Assembly: GCA_019750335.1 (NCBI GenBank)
Contig: JAIEOQ010000012.1
Location: 13,211 to 77,210, forward strand
Direction of reading: 5' to 3'
From: Candidatus Obscuribacterales bacterium
GTDB taxonomy: Bacteria; Cyanobacteriota; Vampirovibrionia; Obscuribacterales; Obscuribacteraceae
Length of the DNA stretch: 64,000 nt
The position numbers were made by a program, and so were the translations under genes. Below the pieces are notes generated by a model that did not search any database, was not told where the DNA came from, and saw only the letters and a program-made list of their open reading frames with translations. Shown piece after piece: positions 39,979 through 46,131 of the stretch (positions are counted from its first letter, which is position 1; each line of letters starts with the position of its first letter).

Positions 39979-42723
39979 CTAATTTCTCCGTGTTAATTCT
40001 AAGGAGGGCGATGCTTTCCCCGCATCGAGCAAGGTCCGCCCGTCATCCGCCAGAAGCGCGGTGCGGGTGAGTTTCCAGGGGGCTTCAGCACAAATAAGCT
40101 TCAGGAGATCCATCGGCTTGAGATGGTGCTTCGGGCCATGGGAAATGCAAAAATCGACTGTAATCGGCTCTTGTCCGCTTACCGCCAAATTGAATATATG
40201 TGGTCTTATATCTTTGTTTTTCGGCTTTTCTTCTGTGCCGTGTTTTTTGCCGCCGCGTTTTGTTTTTTTTGCGGTGGCGCTTTCTTCAACGACAATAGTT
40301 GTTTGAGAAAGAATATGGTCGACTGCTGCTTTCAAAACGGTTGGGTCCGTTTTGTTGCAAACAGGCAAAGTTGCCGTGTAGCAAGCTTTGCTTAAAAAGG
40401 TGGTTAATGCCGGCAGTGTCTTATCGACTTTGACGGCGGCGCTTATTTGCGCTTCGGCTGGCAATTGGCTGTTCATTCTTGCGATAAAATCAGCTGGCGC
40501 CAAATCTTCTGTTAGTTCCAGCTCGGCAAGCTCAGCTAAAGCTTCGACATGCAGAGGCAAAGAGAGAGCAATGGACAGTTTCGGACCGGGATTGAAACCT
40601 TCGCTGTAAGCCATGGGGATTTCAGCGCGGCGAGCGGCGCGAATAAAAAGATTTTGCAGATCCAAGTGCGAAATGAATTTAAGATCGCCTGTTTTGTTGA
40701 ATTGAAAACGAATCCTGGTTGATACCATTTGCGGTGCTGGTTCTTTTACTGCTTCGAAATAAAGCGAAGGATGGGTTTCCTCCTTCTTCTCGATTGTTAC
40801 CGGAATCTCTTTGACGAAAGGATTTTTCTTCATCACTTCCGGATTGGGATCGGCCAGCTGGTGCGTGGCGTCAAGCTCGGTGCAAATGCCGCAAGCGTGG
40901 CAAGTGTGCTCGGTGCAAGTGGCGGTTTCGCTTTCGTTTTCGGATTTTTCCCATTCCTTTTTCAGCCACCAATCAGCAAGACCGACATGGACTATGTCCC
41001 AGGGTTGTTTGCTGCCGACTTCTTTCGAGGTAGTGGCCATTGAAACAAGATCCATTCCTAGATCAGCTGCTGCTTCATGCCAGCGTTGCGAAACGAAACG
41101 ATCGTCCCAAGCATCAAAAGTGCAGCCCTTGCGCCAGGCGGACAGGATTAAGTCGCCGACGCGGCGATCGCCGCGTGAAATGACCGATTCTAAAAGACTT
41201 ATTTCCACGCCGGTGCAGTTGAGCATGACATTGCGGAACAAGCGCGACTCTTTCAGTTTTTCTCGAAGATACTGCTGTTTGCGCGAAAATTCAGCCGGGC
41301 TTACCTGGCCAAACCATTGGAAAGGCGTGAAAGGCTTAGGTACGAAATTGGAGATGGTGCAAGTGAATTCCACGTCGCGTTTGTGCTTCTGCGGATCCTT
41401 GCGACGTACGGCTCGGCAGCGCTCGCTTGCTTCAAGTAACGTGTCGAGAATACCCTGCAAATCCTCGTCGCGCTCTGTTGGTAAACCAATCATGTAATAA
41501 AGTTTGATCGACGTCCAGCCGGACGCATAGGCTGATTCGATGGCGTTGAGAATTTGTTCGTGGCTTAAGCCTTTGTTTATTACTTTGCGCAGCCGTTCAC
41601 TGCCAGCTTCCGGCGCTAAAGTAATTCCGGACTTACGCACCGCTTTCAGCTCTTCGGCCAAATCCAAATTCATGCGATCGGCACGCTGGCTTGGGAAAGA
41701 CATTGATGTACGTTTATCGGTATGTTCACGATTGAGGGCGCGCACCGATTCATGCAAGCTTGTGTAATCGCTGACACAAAGCGAAAGCATGGAGTATTCT
41801 TCATAACCGGTATTGGCTATGGCCTCTTTGCTTAAGCGCACAAGATCTTCGGCCGAACGCTCGCGCACAGGTAAAAAAGTGTAGCCTGGTTGGCAGAAGC
41901 GGCAGCCGCGATCACAGCCGCGGCGAACTTCCAACACCTGACGATCATGAACAAGAGCCAAATAAGGGACAAGACCGCCTGAAGGTTGATTATCGTCAGT
42001 GAGCGGTTGTACTTGTCTTAGGACGCGCAAAGGAATGTCAGTGAGCCTGGGAGCGACAGGATGAACACCGGGGCGAACTTCATACAAAGAAGGGACATAA
42101 ATACCGTGGACTTTACGAGCAAGCTCGTGCAGCAGCTCGGCTTTCAATTGTTTTTGATCGACATCTTGCCAGTTTGGATGCTGCTTTTTGAAGTCACGGA
42201 CAATCTCCATTACTTTTGGCACCGATTCCTCGCCGTCGCCGATGACGAAGAAATCCATGAAGAGCGACATCGGCTCGGGGTTGACCGCTGAAGGTCCGCC
42301 GCCGAAAACCAGAGGAAAAAGCGCGGTGCGTTTTGCTGCTTCGACTTCCATTCCGGCTAAGTCGAGCATATTCAAAAGATTAGTAAAGGTAAGCTCATAT
42401 TGAAGCGAAAAACCGAGCAATTCAAAGTCAGCAAGCTGATGCCGGCTTTCCCAAGCCCAAAGCGGCAATGCCCGGGCGCGCAAAAGGGTTTCCATATCTT
42501 GATCCGGAGCGTAAGTCCGGTCAGCCATGAAACCCTTTTGACGATTGACTATTTGATAAAGAATCCGCTGGCCGAAGTTGGACATGCCAAGTTCGTAAAG
42601 ATCGGGAAACGCCAGGCATAAATGCACATCGCAAGAAGTAAATTCTTTGCGGCAAGCGCCCCATTCGTTACCCAGATATTGACCGGGACGAACTACTTGA
42701 TAAAGCAGGTCATCGCTTAGCAT
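39979..42723 (-). CDS. radical SAM protein fused to a DUF2344-type C-terminal domain (TIGR03960/TIGR03936-like)
   Basis: It has the radical SAM core (RGCDRGCRFCQPGY) after a B12-binding-like N-terminus. The C-terminal third (RIRFQFNKTGDLKFISHLDLQNLFIRAARRA...) matches the DUF2344 pattern. It lies directly upstream of the RNase E/G gene. Confidence 0.8.
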   Translation of the reverse strand: MLSDDLLYQVVRPGQYLGNEWGACRKEFTSCDVHLCLAFPDLYELGMSNFGQRILYQIVNRQKGFMADRTYAPDQDMETLLRARALPLWAWESRHQLADFELLGFSLQYELTFTNLLNMLDLAGMEVEAAKRTALFPLVFGGGPSAVNPEPMSLFMDFFVIGDGEESVPKVMEIVRDFKKQHPNWQDVDQKQLKAELLHELARKVHGIYVPSLYEVRPGVHPVAPRLTDIPLRVLRQVQPLTDDNQPSGGLVPYLALVHDRQVLEVRRGCDRGCRFCQPGYTFLPVRERSAEDLVRLSKEAIANTGYEEYSMLSLCVSDYTSLHESVRALNREHTDKRTSMSFPSQRADRMNLDLAEELKAVRKSGITLAPEAGSERLRKVINKGLSHEQILNAIESAYASGWTSIKLYYMIGLPTERDEDLQGILDTLLEASERCRAVRRKDPQKHKRDVEFTCTISNFVPKPFTPFQWFGQVSPAEFSRKQQYLREKLKESRLFRNVMLNCTGVEISLLESVISRGDRRVGDLILSAWRKGCTFDAWDDRFVSQRWHEAAADLGMDLVSMATTSKEVGSKQPWDIVHVGLADWWLKKEWEKSENESETATCTEHTCHACGICTELDATHQLADPNPEVMKKNPFVKEIPVTIEKKEETHPSLYFEAVKEPAPQMVSTRIRFQFNKTGDLKFISHLDLQNLFIRAARRAEIPMAYSEGFNPGPKLSIALSLPLHVEALAELAELELTEDLAPADFIARMNSQLPAEAQISAAVKVDKTLPALTTFLSKACYTATLPVCNKTDPTVLKAAVDHILSQTTIVVEESATAKKTKRGGKKHGTEEKPKNKDIRPHIFNLAVSGQEPITVDFCISHGPKHHLKPMDLLKLICAEAPWKLTRTALLADDGRTLLDAGKASPSLELTRRN

Positions 42724-43092
42724 GTGGCTAAGCTCGACTGCTTTTGGACTTTCGCTAGATCGGCCTGCATCGCCTGAAGCGGACAGGCTGCTTACTGCGT
42801 GACTGATAGTTATGCTCCGACACGATTATTCAAAAATCGGTAATCCCAATAGCTTCCGAACTGCGGAAAACGCTCAAGTACGATTAAGCTTTCTATTTTG
42901 GCTAAAGGGTTTGATCTCCGAGAAGATCATGTTGAACATTATACATTATGTGTGGGCTAGTTCCCCCTTGGAATGCTGGTAGAAAAGTAGTTAATATTTC
43001 GGCAGCAAGGGCATAAAACGATGTTTTTTGCATATTGCCGGATGAGCGTTTGATCGCGTAAGCTGGTGGCAGAAGAGTGAAAGGTTATACCC

Positions 43093-43434
43093 GTGATACT
43101 TGAGGCTTTTGCCACTTATTTGCAAGCTGCCGACCCGAAAGTACCGGCGAAAGAGGTGCTGACCCGTTGGCTATGGGAACGATTAACCTTGCCGGCACAA
43201 AATAATGTGGATAGAGTCGTAAGATCTGAGCTCACGGTTGTACGTGACTCAGACTCCACGGAGTATTCAAATCAAGCTCATTACTATTTCAATCCGATTT
43301 CAGATAGCGGTCGCCGCCTTTTAGCTACTCTTTACGAATATTCTATGAGTTACGAACAGCAAAAATGGTCGCGTTGGGTGCATAGTCTAAAAGCTAGCGA
43401 TTTTAATCCGGAGCCGGGAAAGAACAAATCATGA
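43093..43434 (+). CDS. hypothetical protein (113 aa)
   Basis: It has a GTG start, and its stop overlaps the next gene's ATG (ATGA). I see no motif. Confidence 0.4.
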   Translation: MILEAFATYLQAADPKVPAKEVLTRWLWERLTLPAQNNVDRVVRSELTVVRDSDSTEYSNQAHYYFNPISDSGRRLLATLYEYSMSYEQQKWSRWVHSLKASDFNPEPGKNKS

Positions 43435-43877
43435 TTCTGTTGTTGTTTATCTGTTTGTTTTTATGTTCAAATCAAGCTTTGGCTGCTGAAAATCTAAAGT
43501 TGAGAGAAGGGATCTCTTATGTACACGATCTCGACAAAGGATTTCCAATCTTAGGAGATAAGCTCGAAGATGTGAGGATTGAGTCCGGTCGTCCTTGTTT
43601 TATTTTTTTTGGTGCTGCCGGTGATTTGAATACAAATCGTCAATCCAAACGTGTAATCGATCTCTATAAAAAATATCGCGATACCAATCTCAAATTTATC
43701 GTCATTGATGTGGATCATGCACCGACGCCTGACGCTAAGCAGCTGATAAAGCGTCATTACCAGGGTTATATACCGGAAGTTGTTGTATTGGACAAAGCTG
43801 GGCGCTCGATTTGGAGCCATGTCGGTGAAGTGGACAACAAAATCACCATGACCCAGCTAGATAAAGTCGTTGATTAA
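43431..43877 (+). CDS. secreted thioredoxin-fold-like protein lacking a CxxC motif
   Basis: It has a signal peptide (LLLFICLFLCSNQALA). The layout PCFIFFGAAGD...KFIVIDVD...IPEVVVLDKAGRSIW mirrors a TlpA/thioredoxin fold, with AAGD where CxxC would sit. Confidence 0.5.
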   Translation: MILLLFICLFLCSNQALAAENLKLREGISYVHDLDKGFPILGDKLEDVRIESGRPCFIFFGAAGDLNTNRQSKRVIDLYKKYRDTNLKFIVIDVDHAPTPDAKQLIKRHYQGYIPEVVVLDKAGRSIWSHVGEVDNKITMTQLDKVVD

Positions 43878-44666
43878 TTAGACTTCTTCGCAATACCTAA
43901 TACGTTCGATTGCCAGCGCTTTGCCGCTTGTACAGTCAATCTCCACAAGCACTGCGTTTACAGCAGCCGGACCATCGGCAACTTCCAATCGTGAAGGCAG
44001 CTGTTGAATAAGCCGGCGAAAAACCCCTTCAAGACTCATGCCGATTACACTGTTAACCGGACCGCATGCGCCGGTATCGGTTAGATAAGCTGTGCCTTTA
44101 GGCAAAATGCGCTCATCGGCGGTTTGAACATGAGTATGAGTGCCGACCACAGCTGAGACGCGCCCGTCCAGATACCAGCCTAACGCCATCTTTTCGGCTG
44201 TGGCTTCGGCATGCATGTCGACAAAAATAATTCTGGTTTGGCTTTCAATTTCGGCAAGAATTTTGTCCGCTACTGTAAACGGGGACAAGAGCGGTTCCAT
44301 GAACACTCGTCCGTGTAAATTAAGGACGGCAATTTTCACGCCCGCAGCTTCAAAGATGGCATAACCCTTGCCGGGAGTACCTTCCGGATAGTTAGCCGGA
44401 CGCAGCAAATTTTCTTTGCTGTCGATAAAATCAAAAATTTCTTTGCGATCAAAAGTATGATTGCCGCCGGTAAAAACTTGAATGCCGGCTGCTTCCAGCT
44501 CGCTTAAATGCTGCTCTTGAACGCCGAAACCATGAGCCGCGTTTTCCACATTGGCAATGATTAGATCGGCTTTTGTTGTTTGTGTTTTGAGAAAGCTGCA
44601 TAAACCCCGGCGTCCGGGCTTGCCGATGATATCGCCGAAAAAGAGAATCTTTACAGAGGAGCTCAT
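43878..44666 (-). CDS. ymdB: YmdB-family metallophosphoesterase (2',3'-cyclic-nucleotide phosphodiesterase-like)
   Basis: It contains KILFFGDIIGKPGRR, NVENAAHGFG, TGGNHTFD and GTHTHVQTAD. I moved the start to the ATG at 44666, because the track version overlaps the divergent neighbour. Confidence 0.8.
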   Translation of the reverse strand: MSSSVKILFFGDIIGKPGRRGLCSFLKTQTTKADLIIANVENAAHGFGVQEQHLSELEAAGIQVFTGGNHTFDRKEIFDFIDSKENLLRPANYPEGTPGKGYAIFEAAGVKIAVLNLHGRVFMEPLLSPFTVADKILAEIESQTRIIFVDMHAEATAEKMALGWYLDGRVSAVVGTHTHVQTADERILPKGTAYLTDTGACGPVNSVIGMSLEGVFRRLIQQLPSRLEVADGPAAVNAVLVEIDCTSGKALAIERIRYCEEV

Positions 44667-44697
44667 CACACAAGCATACCGTACAATTAAGGTATAT

Positions 44698-45249
44698 ATG
44701 TTGCGTGCCGTCACACCTGTTTTCTTGTCTTTAGTTTTGTTGGCTCTTGCAGTCAAGCAAAGCGAAGCGGCTCAGCCTGCCAAGAAGAAGGCTCCTGCGC
44801 CGAAGCAGGCAATGCTGGTACCGCCTCCGCCGCCTTCGATACCGACGACTTTGTTAGGTCAAGCGCCAATTATTCTTGGTGGCGAAATAATCGAATATAT
44901 GAATAAGGACAGTTTGACTGCCCTTAAAGCAAAAATGGAAGTGCAGCTTGCGCGGCAGAAAAAGCATTTAGATGAAGACCGCCAGAGTACCGCTGAAAAG
45001 AAAAAACGTCTGGAGAATTTTGAGCAACTGCTTGCCGAAGGTGTAGTCAGCAAAAAAGAAGTAGCGGCAGTTAGAGATGAAGCCGAAAAAATCGAAGAAA
45101 ATTTGCCTCAACTAGAAGACACGGTTAAAGAACTTGAGTCAAGAATGGCGCGGATCAATAAACGTCTAAATAGTTTGAATACGGCAAAAAATAAAAATCC
45201 GGAAAAACAAAAAACAGCACGTGCCGAGAATCGTTCTACTCCGCACTAG
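44698..45249 (+). CDS. secreted coiled-coil protein (183 aa)
   Basis: I trimmed it to the ATG at 44698, giving the signal peptide MLRAVTPVFLSLVLLALAVKQSEA. A Pro-rich stretch and then Lys/Glu-rich heptad-like sequence follow. Confidence 0.5.
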   Translation: MLRAVTPVFLSLVLLALAVKQSEAAQPAKKKAPAPKQAMLVPPPPPSIPTTLLGQAPIILGGEIIEYMNKDSLTALKAKMEVQLARQKKHLDEDRQSTAEKKKRLENFEQLLAEGVVSKKEVAAVRDEAEKIEENLPQLEDTVKELESRMARINKRLNSLNTAKNKNPEKQKTARAENRSTPH

Positions 45250-45434
45250 AGCTGATGCGCCCTTTGTCGGTTGTCAGGCGAAAAGAAGATCATATTCTGA
45301 AGTTCGGCTAATAGGAAATTTCTTTAAGCTAGGATAGTTGTATTCGAATCCGCAACGCACGGTTAAGTGCCTGAAGAACCGCTCTTTTGGCGCATCTTCC
45401 GTGCGCTTATACACACCATCTGGAGGACTGCTAA

Positions 45435-45920
45435 ATGTTCTACAACAGAATTGCACGTGAATTTTCATCCGAAAACGGTTTCTTTCGCGGCTTTAGCCAT
45501 GAAATGCCGCTGACCAACCGCCTGGAAGGAACTTGCGTTCCGGCCGACATTTTGGAAACAGACGAGCAATTCATCATCGAATTGGCTTTGCCCGGTGTTG
45601 TTGTTGACGATGTTCAAATAAAAATGGAAGGCAGCTTGCTTCATATTGAAGCTAAACGCACTCCGGTTTTATTTGAAGAAAGAGCTACTTTTCTGAAAAA
45701 AGAATTGCCTGCTCATTTTATGTATCGTAGCTTTGAATTTGAATGCCCGATAATCGCCGAACAAATTGAAGCTCGTTTGGAGCGCGGTATTTTGTATATC
45801 AGCATTCCTAAAGTTGAAGCTGCTTTTCGCATTCCGGTTACAGGCGGCATGATTGAAAGTCACATGTCCAATACGGTCAAAACTCGTGTTGCCAGCAAAC
45901 ATGATGTAGCCGTTAAATAA
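45435..45920 (+). CDS. Hsp20/alpha-crystallin small heat-shock protein
   Basis: It has an alpha-crystallin domain (PADILETDEQFIIELALPGVVVDDVQIKMEGSLLHIEAKR...RGILYISIPK). GGAGGA lies upstream. Confidence 0.9.
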   Translation: MFYNRIAREFSSENGFFRGFSHEMPLTNRLEGTCVPADILETDEQFIIELALPGVVVDDVQIKMEGSLLHIEAKRTPVLFEERATFLKKELPAHFMYRSFEFECPIIAEQIEARLERGILYISIPKVEAAFRIPVTGGMIESHMSNTVKTRVASKHDVAVK

Positions 45921-45945
45921 ATCGATAAAACCATCATTTATATAG

Positions 45946-45976
45946 AAAGGGGGAGAGGTAATACTTCTCCCCCTTT
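45946..45976 (+). terminator. intrinsic terminator after hsp20
   Basis: The stem gggggaga (45949-45956) pairs with tctccccc (45966-45973) and is followed by tttt. Confidence 0.7.
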
Positions 45977-45988
45977 TAATGTTGCCAA

Positions 45989-46131
45989 GATTAAAAGATT
46001 ATGTGATCGAGTTAATTTAAGGGGCTTTATATTATTAAACGGGGATAATATTCAGGGTATGTTTTTTATCAAATAAATCGGGCTTGAAGCGAAGAACGTT
46101 CCGTTTTGTTTTGCCGAGGATTCAACCATAT
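45989..46131 (+). promoter_or_regulatory. conserved leader/promoter block upstream of TadG-like paralog 1
   Basis: It shares ordered blocks with 49694-49845: gattaaa, attatgtgat, taattt, ggcttt, ggggataatattc (which contains a -10-like gataat), aacgttccg and gagga-tcaaccat-tatg. The GAGGA lies 11 nt before the ATG. Confidence 0.4.

Noticed and set aside
43878-44756. The long forms of ymdB (to 44756) and of the divergent ORF (from 44551) overlap each other by about 200 nt.
   Set aside because: The conserved YmdB N-terminus (KILFFGDIIG) starts right after the ATG at 44666. The other protein has a clean signal peptide from the ATG at 44698. The trimmed versions no longer overlap.
45341-45355. 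A ttcgaatcc motif upstream of hsp20 resembles a tRNA T-arm.
   Set aside because: The flanking bases do not form a T-stem or acceptor stem on either strand.
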